Shown piece after piece: positions 29,201 through 38,434 of a stretch of DNA of 64,000 bases (its first letter is position 1; every line of letters starts with the position of its first letter). Where the stretch lies: the IMG/VR virus record IMGVR_UViG_3300017749_000003; one strand, 5' to 3'. Source of the stretch: an uncultured virus (IMG/VR IMGVR_UViG_3300017749_000003) (lineage: Duplodnaviria; Heunggongvirae; Uroviricota; Caudoviricetes). A program made the translations under genes and the position numbers. The notes beneath the pieces were generated by a model that was given only the letters and a program-made list of their open reading frames with translations, had not been told where the DNA came from and searched no databases.

Positions 29201-32200
29201 ATATTCAGTATCCGAAGGTGTTAGATCTCCATTTGAATTTTTGGGTAGGAGTTTTGATTCAGTTCAGAACAATAATCTGAATGTCTTAGCATCAGATGAG
29301 ACTATTCAACTCGACTATTCAATTTACTTGGGAAGAATTGATAGAATTTATCTAGATAAAACAAAGTCATTCCAAGTAGTTCAAGGAATGCCTGAAGAAA
29401 ATCCAGAGGCACCAGTTCCTTTAGATAATGCAATGGAGGTTGCAGTAGTAACATATCCTCCATATTTGGATGATGTTAAAGATGCAAAAATATCTCTCCT
29501 AAACCATAAGAGATATAGAATGCAAGATATTGCATTGCTAGAAAAACGAATTGAAAATCTTGAGTACTATACTCAACTATCTCTCCTAGAAACAAACACA
29601 GCAAACTTAGAAATTAAAGACTCTTCAGGTTCTAGTAGATTTAAATCTGGTTTCTATGTTGATAATTTCACTACAACAGTCAATCAAATAAAACTTGGTG
29701 CTAAGAATGCTATTGATCCAAGTAATAATGAATTAAGACCTTCTTCATATACAACTTCACTCGATTTTATTTTAGGTTCAACAGAGTCTACAGGAGTTAA
29801 TGGTGTAGTTAATAATGCATCGGATTTGAGATTTGCTCAAGATCTTATCGGTGAAAATATCAGAAGATCTACGATCGATCCAAACGGAAGTGCTGGAACA
29901 ATAGGAATGGGTGTCATAACCCTAGACTATGAAGAAGTTGAAGAAGAATCTCAACTAACAGCAACAAGAGTTGTAAATGCTGCACCATACTTTATTAATT
30001 TTTACACTGGTCAAGTAACACTCAATCCATCTTCAGATATTTGGATTGAACAAGCAAGGATTGAAACTCAAACTATCGAAGGATTGCTTGGTGGAATTAC
30101 ACAGACTAACATCACAGCAACTGCTGCAGACTTAGATCCTCAAGCAGGTTGGTCTCCAACACTGTGGGGTGGTTGGAATGAAAATTGGACTGGTAGAACT
30201 ACCTCAAGAAGTACAATAAGTGCTAGTGATTCTGAAACTATTCGTGGTGGATCTGGAACAAGACCTGGAAGTATTACTAGTTCTGCTTCTGTCACAACAG
30301 AAACAGTTACTCAAACAGGAACTGCAACTCAGCAAGGTTTCTCTCAAAGAATAAGAACAGTACCTGGAAATAATATTAGTCTTGGTGATAAAGTTGTGTC
30401 ATCCGACGTTTCTTCCTTCATGAGGCAAAGAAATATTGAGATTGTTGCAAAAGGTATGAAACCTCATACTAGATTGTACGCATTCTTTGGTTCATCACGA
30501 GTAACTAATTATTGTGTTCCAAAATTACTTGAAATCGAAATGATTTCTGGAACATTTACTGTTGGTGAAACGGTTGTTTCTGCTGGAGCAAATTCAAGAA
30601 GACCTGGTTTAACTCAAGATCTACCATATACCTCTTTCCGAGTTGCTGATGCTCATCATAGAACAGGACCATTTAATGATCCTCAAGATGTTTATACAGT
30701 AAATCCTTACACCCGTGAGGAAATGCCTGATCTATATTCTACAACATCGACAATTCTAAATGTTGATCTATCAACAATGGCTCTAGCACCAACTGGAGAT
30801 TATTTTGGATACGTTTCTGAAGGAATGATTCTTCAGGGTAGGAGTAGTGGTGCAAGAGCCAGAATTACGACTCTAAGACTTAGTAGTGATAACGTTGGAA
30901 TGATGCAAGCATCATTCTATATCCCAAATCCAAATGCTGCTGGAGCACCCAAGTTTAGAGTTGGAAATGTAACATTCAAAGTCAGTGATGCAGATACATT
31001 AGATGCTGTTGATGGTACAGCATACACTGGTGGTCAAAAAGATTTCTTCTCACAGGGAACTATTGATAGTATTCAAGGTCAAGTAATTTCTACAAGAAAT
31101 GCTGAAGTTACTAATGCATATACCACACAACAGAGACCTATTAGTAAGACAAATGAGACTGTTGTTGGTCTAAATGTTGATGTTGGAATTACACTTCCAC
31201 AACCCGTACCAATTCCTCGTCCGCAACCACAACCAAGACCTCAGCCACGTCCTAGACCACAACCAAGACCAACACCAAATCCATCACCTAGACCCACTCC
31301 TAGACCTGTACCAAACCCAACGCCTAATCCACGTCCAACACCTAGGCCAAGACCAAATCCACGTCCTAGACCTCAGCCACGTCCTAGACCTAGACCTAGA
31401 CCTCAGCCACGTCCACAACCTAGACCAAGGCCACGTCCTAGACCAAGACCTAGACCTAGACCAAGGCCACGTCCTAGACCAAGACCTAGACCAAGACCTA
31501 CACCCCCACCAGATCCTTGGGGAGATGATGATGATGATCCAATCGCACAGAGCTTCTCGATCGGTAGAGCATCAGATAATACTGGAATTTTTGCTACCTC
31601 GGTCGATTTGTTCTTCAGAACATCATCAACAACTGGACAAACCTGCTTCGTTGAACTTAGACCTATGGTGAACGGACTTCCTTCATCAGAAGTTATCTAC
31701 CCAATGTCCAAGGTTGTTCTAACTGGTCAAGAAGTTCAAGTTTCTGATGACGCAAGTGTACCAACAACTGTAACATTCCCAGCACCAGTATATTTGGAAG
31801 GTGGTATGGAACATTGTATCGTCGTTGGATCTAACTCTACTGACTTTACTTTATGGGTTTCTAGACTAGGTGAAGTTGATGTTGCATCACTAGCACTCCC
31901 AGAATCTCAGCAAGTTCCAATTACCAAGCAATCATCTCTTGGTTCTTTGTTCAAATCTCAGAATGGTTCTACTTGGACTCCAAGTCAGTATGAAGACCTT
32001 AAGTTTAGACTCAATAGAGCAAGTTTCGTGGAAGAAGGAAGTATTAGTTTCTTCAATCCAGATCTATCTGCTGGAAACAGACAAGTAGCAACACTGAAGA
32101 AAGATTCTCTGGAAATGAATTCTAGAAGACTTATCGTTGGACTTGGAACTGTTACCAAGAATTGGGGAACCTTAATTGTTCCTGGTAACACAGTTATTCA

Positions 32201-34004
32201 AGATGGTTCAAATGCATCTGGTAATTATGTAATGGGTCTTGGTATTGCTACTGGCACAATGTCAGTCACCAATGCTGGTCTTGGACTCACACCTTCTAGT
32301 GGAAGTTTCGTATATAACAATGTCCCACTAACCAAACTAACTGGTAAAGGTGAAAATGCAACTGCAAATATCACTGTTAACAATGGAGTTGTAAGTGGTG
32401 CCACAATCTCTGATGGTGGTAATGGATTCAAAGTTGGTGATGTTCTAACTGCTACTATTGGTGGTGGAGTTGGTAGAAATCTACAACTCTCCGTAGCTAA
32501 TATCTTTGGTATTAATGAACTTATTCTTGATCAGGTTCAAGGTAATTTCACTGTTGGTGGTGGAAACACTCTAAGATATATTAATTCAAGTGGTGTAACT
32601 ACCGAGTTTACTGATCAAGGATCTACAGATGTTCTAGTCGCACCAAGAATAGTAACTGATGGATTACATATTAAGGTTAACCATCTAAATCATGGTATGC
32701 ACTCAGATACAAATAATGTCGTTATTGATAGTGCTTCTTCTGATGTTCCTGTCGTAAGACTGGAAGGTGATTATCTACTTAATGCAACTGATGACTTGAT
32801 TATTTCAGATGCTTCCAACTTTGAAAACTTTGAAGGTGTTGGAGTTGGAACCACGAATCCAGGTTACGTTAAAATTGAAGATGAAATTATCTCATACACA
32901 TCAATAGTAGGAAATACTCTTGGTGGAATTACACGACGTATTGATTCCACATTCGGTGGTGCATATGAAAATCAATCTATTGTTGAAAAATACGAGGTTG
33001 GTGGAGTTTCTCTAAGAAGAATCAACAAATCTCACTCACTACAAGATGCAACTATTGGTGAAGATATTGGGTTAGATCATTACACCATTAAAATTGATAT
33101 GTCAACAAATGGTATTGATAGATCTTCTTCTACTTCATTCCCAGCACTATATGCAAATGAGACTAAATCTACTGGTGGTGAGGGTACAAATGCTACTCAA
33201 AATATTCATTATGAAGTTATGAAACCAATTGTACAATCAATGGTTCTCCAAAAAACTAATTTGACTTCAAGAGCAAGAACTGTTACTGCAACTAGTATTG
33301 ATGGTAATGAGATTTCATTCTTGGATGCTGGATATCAAGCAATTAATCTTGAGGATGATAACTACTTCGATTCACCAAGAATGATTGCATCTAAAGAAAA
33401 TGCTGATTCCCTACTAACAACATTACCAGGGAACAGATCATTTGAACTTGAACTCAACATGACATCATTCGATTCTAGACTATCTCCTGTGATTGATCTA
33501 GACAGGATTGGTGGTGTTTTCGTCACCAACAGAGTTAATAATGTAGTTACTGACTTTGTAACCGATTCACGTGTTGCAACTGTTCAAGACGATCCTAGTG
33601 CGTTTGTGTATGCTACCAAACCAATTGGTCTCGAAATTCCAGCAACAAATATTAAGTTGCTGTGTTCCGCATATATCAACAACTTCTCTGATATTAGAGC
33701 ATTTTATGCACTAACTAGTGATCCAACAGAATCACTAATTTATTATCCATTCCCTGGTTATGATAACTTACTTGAAAGTGGTCAGGTAGTTGATTCTGCC
33801 AAGAACAGTGGTAGACCAGATAAGTTGGTTCCACCAACAGACAATAAAGGATTCCAATCTGCGTCACTAACGTTCAAAGATTACACCTTTACTATTGAAA
33901 ATCTACCATCATTCAAATTCTTCAGTGTAAAACTAGTTGGAACTTCAACCAACCAGTGTTACCCACCAAGAATTCGTGACCTAAGAGCAATCGCATTCGC
34001 ATAA
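26202..34004 (+). CDS. large virion structural protein, VrlC/DUF4815-like (2600 aa)
   Basis: PYFDDF, PVQARELT, APGADR, RTFEESGNY, YRMQDI..LEKRIENLEYY, DPIAQSF, SLFKSQN, C-terminal DLRAIA. Confidence 0.85.
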   Translation: MPQLTNLNTFPYFDDFDESNNFYKVLFKPGQPVQARELTTLQSIVQNQVEQFGNHVFKEGSVVIPGSLVVSPNHISLELERTFNGLDVTQYLSSLVGKIITGADSGIRAQVEAFQDTHIFVSLIEGGTDNEQQEFEVDEDIFVQESIPLTDSAITSFSAGASVATIRQYDAGCVAKLTEGIFFLRGNFIKVEEQLLIVSAVEPGPTFTLGFEIEEDFVTSYDDESLYDNSQGFVNFAAPGADRLKITAKMVAVIDGDDFPQNFIELAKVINGVIASSKLVDPQYNILGDELAKRTFEESGNYYIKPFSLEVKNSLQDFKGSNGIYSENETTQSGKIPRDDLAIYQLSAGKAYVQGYEVNIPSGASIDVLKPRTTKEFTSQAVEYATGSTLRVNNVYGAPKIGLSTTYTVSLRSERVGSTATNAAGKEIGLARVYDYALETGSYDAANPLTNSFDLTLFDVVPFTDLTLNEDLTSQQIPTFIKGKSSGAIGYLRYEATSTGIVTAYNVTGNFVKGEELIFNGQDSDRIVLSSTNYGISNIKSVFGEIGSNTFSGDVRQTSVVELGECTFSGGGATVAQADRDFTKDFVVGDLISFKKSGDTLSTLNRVTVVTADNLTVEATQAVSGVHNGALFGNGSINTTKVTTQLGDNGSDTLYTSLPKQNVASVDLSNSAITIRKSFNEPIVSDATGGRLTVLPADLETGETFLPFDEERYIVVNANGETEALTDDKITITSGGRELIIKGLSVVGAATLVATLKKTEVKSQNKVRNRVKTILVDKSSLPGSGVGATTLNDGLTYGNYPYGTRVQDDIICLLEPDVTKIHAIYESSTTGTPQLPRLTLSDISSFNGSVEDALNGEEIIGSESNCVAVLVNKVTSSTAEVVYINGKKFNIGEEITFKESSITASVDLIIDGDNDITGKYTFNNSTKSTIYDYSRITRKPNTKPATRKVTIAYEYASVSSTDTGTLVTTNSYENFDYSNIPTIDGQRQSDIIDIRPKVKTYSVSEGVRSPFEFLGRSFDSVQNNNLNVLASDETIQLDYSIYLGRIDRIYLDKTKSFQVVQGMPEENPEAPVPLDNAMEVAVVTYPPYLDDVKDAKISLLNHKRYRMQDIALLEKRIENLEYYTQLSLLETNTANLEIKDSSGSSRFKSGFYVDNFTTTVNQIKLGAKNAIDPSNNELRPSSYTTSLDFILGSTESTGVNGVVNNASDLRFAQDLIGENIRRSTIDPNGSAGTIGMGVITLDYEEVEEESQLTATRVVNAAPYFINFYTGQVTLNPSSDIWIEQARIETQTIEGLLGGITQTNITATAADLDPQAGWSPTLWGGWNENWTGRTTSRSTISASDSETIRGGSGTRPGSITSSASVTTETVTQTGTATQQGFSQRIRTVPGNNISLGDKVVSSDVSSFMRQRNIEIVAKGMKPHTRLYAFFGSSRVTNYCVPKLLEIEMISGTFTVGETVVSAGANSRRPGLTQDLPYTSFRVADAHHRTGPFNDPQDVYTVNPYTREEMPDLYSTTSTILNVDLSTMALAPTGDYFGYVSEGMILQGRSSGARARITTLRLSSDNVGMMQASFYIPNPNAAGAPKFRVGNVTFKVSDADTLDAVDGTAYTGGQKDFFSQGTIDSIQGQVISTRNAEVTNAYTTQQRPISKTNETVVGLNVDVGITLPQPVPIPRPQPQPRPQPRPRPQPRPTPNPSPRPTPRPVPNPTPNPRPTPRPRPNPRPRPQPRPRPRPRPQPRPQPRPRPRPRPRPRPRPRPRPRPRPRPRPTPPPDPWGDDDDDPIAQSFSIGRASDNTGIFATSVDLFFRTSSTTGQTCFVELRPMVNGLPSSEVIYPMSKVVLTGQEVQVSDDASVPTTVTFPAPVYLEGGMEHCIVVGSNSTDFTLWVSRLGEVDVASLALPESQQVPITKQSSLGSLFKSQNGSTWTPSQYEDLKFRLNRASFVEEGSISFFNPDLSAGNRQVATLKKDSLEMNSRRLIVGLGTVTKNWGTLIVPGNTVIQDGSNASGNYVMGLGIATGTMSVTNAGLGLTPSSGSFVYNNVPLTKLTGKGENATANITVNNGVVSGATISDGGNGFKVGDVLTATIGGGVGRNLQLSVANIFGINELILDQVQGNFTVGGGNTLRYINSSGVTTEFTDQGSTDVLVAPRIVTDGLHIKVNHLNHGMHSDTNNVVIDSASSDVPVVRLEGDYLLNATDDLIISDASNFENFEGVGVGTTNPGYVKIEDEIISYTSIVGNTLGGITRRIDSTFGGAYENQSIVEKYEVGGVSLRRINKSHSLQDATIGEDIGLDHYTIKIDMSTNGIDRSSSTSFPALYANETKSTGGEGTNATQNIHYEVMKPIVQSMVLQKTNLTSRARTVTATSIDGNEISFLDAGYQAINLEDDNYFDSPRMIASKENADSLLTTLPGNRSFELELNMTSFDSRLSPVIDLDRIGGVFVTNRVNNVVTDFVTDSRVATVQDDPSAFVYATKPIGLEIPATNIKLLCSAYINNFSDIRAFYALTSDPTESLIYYPFPGYDNLLESGQVVDSAKNSGRPDKLVPPTDNKGFQSASLTFKDYTFTIENLPSFKFFSVKLVGTSTNQCYPPRIRDLRAIAFA
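31197..31511 (+). repeat. hexamer-based coding tandem repeat giving ~105 aa of (Pro-X)n, mostly Pro-Arg
   Basis: CCTAGA/CCAAGA/CCACGT units; perfect 36-nt tandem duplication 31419-31454 = 31455-31490. Confidence 0.95.
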
Positions 34005-34005
34005 T

Positions 34006-34224
34006 ATGTACTTGAAAGTAGAAAATCATTCGGATTTATATCGTGATTCGTCAACAAATGCAATTGTTAGCACCAATATGACAGAATATAAAAACTATAT
34101 GAACTCCCTCGAACATAAAAAGAGGGAGTTGAAACGAATGGAAACTCTTGAAGATGATGTAAAATCCGTCAAGGATGATCTCAAGGAAATTAAGGATCTT
34201 CTCAAATGTCTAATCAAAGAATAA
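34006..34224 (+). CDS. small conserved coiled-coil protein
   Basis: KVENH.DLYRD..TNAIV followed by heptad pattern. Confidence 0.85.
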   Translation: MYLKVENHSDLYRDSSTNAIVSTNMTEYKNYMNSLEHKKRELKRMETLEDDVKSVKDDLKEIKDLLKCLIKE

Positions 34225-34592
34225 CATTCAACCCAGATGTTAATGCACCATATGGTGTAAATTTTTCAATTTACCCAGGTTCCGATTTAAAAGTAAATTT
34301 TACTACTTATGATATGAGTAGTGGAAGATATAACTTTGATGGTTGGACGGGTTCCGCTCAAATGACCAAAAGTGTAGCAATCGGTTCAACGATGTATGCT
34401 CATGGAACATTTGATTTTAGTTTTACAAGTGCTTCCAATGGACAATTTAAAATTTCAATGGGTGCATCGGACACTAGATCATTAACTTCTGGAAGATATT
34501 ATTACGATATATTAGTAAGTTCTGGAACAACAACGTATAGAATTGCAGATGGAAATATTCTGGTACAACCAGGTATCTCCTCTTCTCCCTAA
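34206..34592 (+). CDS. putative virion structural protein (BppU-like Ig fold)
   Basis: LTSGRYYYDILV...RIADGNILV motif; late cluster. Confidence 0.7.
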   Translation: MSNQRITFNPDVNAPYGVNFSIYPGSDLKVNFTTYDMSSGRYNFDGWTGSAQMTKSVAIGSTMYAHGTFDFSFTSASNGQFKISMGASDTRSLTSGRYYYDILVSSGTTTYRIADGNILVQPGISSSP

Positions 34593-34613
34593 ATAATTTT
34601 AAACCGTAATAAA

Positions 34614-35456
34614 ATGGCACAACCATCATCTAGACAAGATCTAATTAACTATGTCAAGAGACAATTAGGTGCTCCTGTTCTAGAAATCAATGTTGCTGAT
34701 GAGCAAGTTGATGATCTAGTTGATGATGCTTTGCAATATTTTCATGAGAGACACTTTGATGGTGTAGTTAGGACATATTTAAAGTATAAAATAACAGAAG
34801 ATGATATAGTTCGAGGAAGATCTAGAGGTAGTACTTCAACATCAGGTATTACAACCGAAACAGTAACAGAAACGGTTGGGTCATCATCATCATTTTCCTA
34901 TGAAGAGAATGGTAATTATCTACCAGTTCCAAGTGCCATTACTGGAGTAAATAAAATATTCAGACTTCAATCATCATCTGCAACTAGTGGATCAATGTTT
35001 AGTGTGAAATATCAGTTGTTCTTGAATGACTTTTATAATTGGGATTCTATTGATCTTTTACAATATTCAATGGTCCAATCAAAACTCTCTGATATTGACT
35101 ATCTACTAAATCCACTTAAGCACTTTAGATTTAATCAGAGACAAGATCGACTATACATTGACATGGATTGGGGTCAAGTTGCTAAAGATGATTATTTGAT
35201 TATTGATTGTTGGAGATTACTTGATCCAAGTACGTTCAGTCAAGTTTGGAATGATTCTTTCCTAAAACTTTATTTAACTGCCCTTGTAAAAAGACAATGG
35301 GGTCAAAATCTTATGAAATTTCAAGGTGTAAAACTTCCTGGTGGTGTTGAACTCAATGGTCGTCAAATGTATGATGATGCAGAAAGAGAACTTGAAAGAA
35401 TTAGAGAGAAAATGTCGTCAACATATGAACTTCCACCTCTAGATATGATCGGTTGA
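34614..35456 (+). CDS. g13: neck protein gp13
   Basis: RQLGAPVLEINV, HFDG, KRQWGQNL.KF.GV.LPGG; CTAAATA at 34589-34595. Confidence 0.95.
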   Translation: MAQPSSRQDLINYVKRQLGAPVLEINVADEQVDDLVDDALQYFHERHFDGVVRTYLKYKITEDDIVRGRSRGSTSTSGITTETVTETVGSSSSFSYEENGNYLPVPSAITGVNKIFRLQSSSATSGSMFSVKYQLFLNDFYNWDSIDLLQYSMVQSKLSDIDYLLNPLKHFRFNQRQDRLYIDMDWGQVAKDDYLIIDCWRLLDPSTFSQVWNDSFLKLYLTALVKRQWGQNLMKFQGVKLPGGVELNGRQMYDDAERELERIREKMSSTYELPPLDMIG

Positions 35457-35460
35457 TACT

Positions 35461-36915
35461 ATGCTAAATCCCTACTTTCAACAAGGTTCACGTGGTGAAC
35501 AGAATCTGGTTCAAGACCTAATCAATGAACAATTGAAGATGTATGGTGTAGAAGTATACTACATCCCAAGGCAATATCTAACTAAAAATACTGTAATTGA
35601 AGAAGTTATTCAATCAGAGTTTACTAGTGCATATCCAATTGAGGCATATGTCAATAATTATGATGGATATGATGGACAAGGAACACTACTGTCCAAATTT
35701 GGTATTACAGACCTAGATGATTTAACTCTAATCATCTCTAAGGAAAGGTATGAGCAATATATCACACCTCTGATTAGAGATCTCCCAAACATTGAGTTAG
35801 CAACTAGACCAAAGGAAGGTGATTTAATCTATTTCCCATTTGGTGATAGATTATTTGAAATTAAATTTGTTGAGCATGAGCAACCTTTTTACCAACTCCA
35901 AAAAACTTATGTTTATGAGTTGAAATGCGAACTGTTCAGATATTCTACAGAAGTTGTCGATACTGGTGTAGATGCTATTGACGATAACTTTACAGATCAA
36001 GGATATATTCAAACATTCACTACTGCTGGTGTTGGAGAAACTGCTGCTGCATATACTGGAGTAGTCAATGGTGCTCTGAATGGATTCTACCTAGCAGATG
36101 CAGGATATGGGTACGATGCACCAACAATACTGGGAGTATCTACCTCTACTGCCTCTACAGGTGCCGTAGATGCCTCTGGAATCGTTACTGGAAGAACTAC
36201 CTATGGTTCTGGTGGTACTAGGTTCTTAACCATTCAAGGGATAGAATTATCAAATCCTGGTGCTGGATACACCCAACCACCAATGCTTACAATAACTGGA
36301 AATAATACTGGAGTTGGTGCTGCTGCAACTGTTGGAATTGTCACCTTTGGTGCAGTTGGAGTTGTTACAGTTACATCTGTTGGATCTAACTTTGTGGATG
36401 AACCAACTGTTACTTTCTCATCACCACCAACAGGATTTACAACGGCAACTGGTAGAGCAATAACTGATTCTAATAACACTATTACTGCGGTTAGACTCAC
36501 TAATGTGGGATCTGGATATACAGTTGCACCAACAATTACATTTGGAGATCCAAACCAAATTGGAACTGGAAACTTTGAATACAATGAAATTGTAACTGGA
36601 ACTTCTGGAGTAACAGGGAGAGTTAAATCTTGGAATGTTGGAACCAAAAAGTTACGTCTATCAAACTTAAGTGGTGATTTTATTAATGGTGAAGTTATCA
36701 CTGGTGAAGATTCTGGAGCACAACATAAAATTGTTATACTAAATACTATTAGTGATAATCCACTAGTCGAAGATAACACGTATGATATTCCTGAGGAATC
36801 ATCTACCGTTGAAGAAACAACCCCATCAAGTAGTTATGACGAAAACGTCGAAATTCAATCTGAGGGTGATGATCTTCTCGACTTCACGGAAAGAAACCCA
36901 TTCGGAAGAGTTTAG
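35461..36915 (+). CDS. g14: neck protein gp14 (with internal Gly/Thr-rich insertion)
   Basis: NPYF, RPKEGDLIYFP, FEIKFVEHE, C-terminal DFTERNPFG. Confidence 0.92.
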   Translation: MLNPYFQQGSRGEQNLVQDLINEQLKMYGVEVYYIPRQYLTKNTVIEEVIQSEFTSAYPIEAYVNNYDGYDGQGTLLSKFGITDLDDLTLIISKERYEQYITPLIRDLPNIELATRPKEGDLIYFPFGDRLFEIKFVEHEQPFYQLQKTYVYELKCELFRYSTEVVDTGVDAIDDNFTDQGYIQTFTTAGVGETAAAYTGVVNGALNGFYLADAGYGYDAPTILGVSTSTASTGAVDASGIVTGRTTYGSGGTRFLTIQGIELSNPGAGYTQPPMLTITGNNTGVGAAATVGIVTFGAVGVVTVTSVGSNFVDEPTVTFSSPPTGFTTATGRAITDSNNTITAVRLTNVGSGYTVAPTITFGDPNQIGTGNFEYNEIVTGTSGVTGRVKSWNVGTKKLRLSNLSGDFINGEVITGEDSGAQHKIVILNTISDNPLVEDNTYDIPEESSTVEETTPSSSYDENVEIQSEGDDLLDFTERNPFGRV

Positions 36916-36924
36916 TAGAGTCTT

Positions 36925-37938
36925 ATGTTTGAATATTTTTACCACGAAATTCTGAGGAAAGTTGTTATAGGATTTGGTACGCTCTTTAACGATGTTACTG
37001 TTAAGACAACCGATGCAAGCAATAATGTTACTAATAGTGTAAAAGTTCCTCTTGCATATGCACCTCAACAGAAGTTTTTGGCAAGATTGGATCAATCAGA
37101 AGATCTAAGCAAAACAACTCAAATCACATTGCCAAGAATGTCTTTTGAGTTTACTGGACTTACATATGATTCTTCAAGAAAAGTAACTACAACTCAAAAG
37201 ATTCTTGTCCCATCTCCTTCTGGAGACGGAACAGTTAGAAAGGCATTTATGCCTGTTCCATATAATATGTCATTTGAACTTAATATCTACACTAAGTTGA
37301 ATGATGATATGCTTCAAATTGTGGAACAAATTTTACCATATTTTCAACCACAATATAATCTAACGGTAGAATTGGTTGAAGAGATGAAAGAGAAAAGAGA
37401 TATTCCAATTATTTTGGAGGGAGTCTCTATGGATGATCAATATGAAGGAAACTTTGAGAGTAGAAGAGCACTTATATACACACTAAGATTTACTGCTAAG
37501 ACATATCTATTTGGTCCTGTTGCAAAAGATATCTCTCCCAAGATTATCAAGAAGGCACAAGTTGCTTACTATGCATCTACTACGGATGGTGATAAGAGTA
37601 ATAGAGATGTCACATATTCAGTTGTCCCAGAAGCAGTCAAAGATCTTGATGCTGGTGTAATAACAACTACAACTGTAGATATTGATAAAACTGATGAAAC
37701 CATTTCACTTCTTTCAATTAGTACTATTGAAGAAGGTGATTTAATTCAGATCAATAAAGAGGTTATATACGTCAAACAAAAATCTGATAGTGAGAACAAA
37801 CTTCTTGTTAGAAGAGCACAAAACAATACAACTGCAACATCTCACGTATCTGGAACTAATGTAAATACTGTTGATGCTGCTGATAATGCTTTAGTAGAAG
37901 TTGGTGATAACTTTGGATTTGATGGAGAGTTTATCTAA
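36925..37938 (+). CDS. g15: tail sheath stabilizer/terminator gp15
   Basis: YFYHE..RK....FGTLFN, LPRMSFE, QIVEQILPYFQP. Confidence 0.95.
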   Translation: MFEYFYHEILRKVVIGFGTLFNDVTVKTTDASNNVTNSVKVPLAYAPQQKFLARLDQSEDLSKTTQITLPRMSFEFTGLTYDSSRKVTTTQKILVPSPSGDGTVRKAFMPVPYNMSFELNIYTKLNDDMLQIVEQILPYFQPQYNLTVELVEEMKEKRDIPIILEGVSMDDQYEGNFESRRALIYTLRFTAKTYLFGPVAKDISPKIIKKAQVAYYASTTDGDKSNRDVTYSVVPEAVKDLDAGVITTTTVDIDKTDETISLLSISTIEEGDLIQINKEVIYVKQKSDSENKLLVRRAQNNTTATSHVSGTNVNTVDAADNALVEVGDNFGFDGEFI

Positions 37939-38393
37939 TGGCAAAATATGAGGATCTAAACGAAACATTTAATGTCGAAGAAGAATCACCTATTGTAGAA
38001 GTAGAAGCATCTTCAGAAATTGTTGAGGAACCCAAAAAAGAAAAACCAATAAAGAAAGATGATGTGACAAATGATTATGAGTATACAAGAGGTAATCTAT
38101 ATTCAATTATCGAAAAAGGTCAAGAAGCAATAAACGGAATACTTGAATTAGCACAAGAAACAGAAACACCAAGAGCATATGAAGTTGTTGGTCATTTAAT
38201 TAAAAATGTTTCTGATGCTACTGACAAACTATTGGATCTTCAGAAAAAAATGCACGAATTAGAGCAAGATACTAAAAAACAGGGACCAACAACTGTCAAT
38301 AACGCATTATTTGTTGGATCAACTGCAGAATTATCAAAACTTTTGAGTAAAAACGCATTTGATAATATACAAAATGAAACCATGAATAAATAG
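37938..38393 (+). CDS. g16: terminase small subunit gp16
   Basis: DYEYTRGNLY, PRAYEV, NNALFVGSTAEL. Confidence 0.93.
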   Translation: MAKYEDLNETFNVEEESPIVEVEASSEIVEEPKKEKPIKKDDVTNDYEYTRGNLYSIIEKGQEAINGILELAQETETPRAYEVVGHLIKNVSDATDKLLDLQKKMHELEQDTKKQGPTTVNNALFVGSTAELSKLLSKNAFDNIQNETMNK

Positions 38394-38434
38394 ACAGAAG
38401 AAGGTTTTATTGAGTAACTTTACACGGAGTTGAG

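Noticed and set aside
31197..31511. Possible CRISPR or other non-coding repeat array
   Set aside because: Units are contiguous in-frame hexamers with no unique spacers
31174..31671. 165 aa alternative-frame ORF (LDLDQ/HVLD repeats)
   Set aside because: Shadow of the Pro-Arg hexamer repeat, which lacks stops in that frame; no SD or independent evidence
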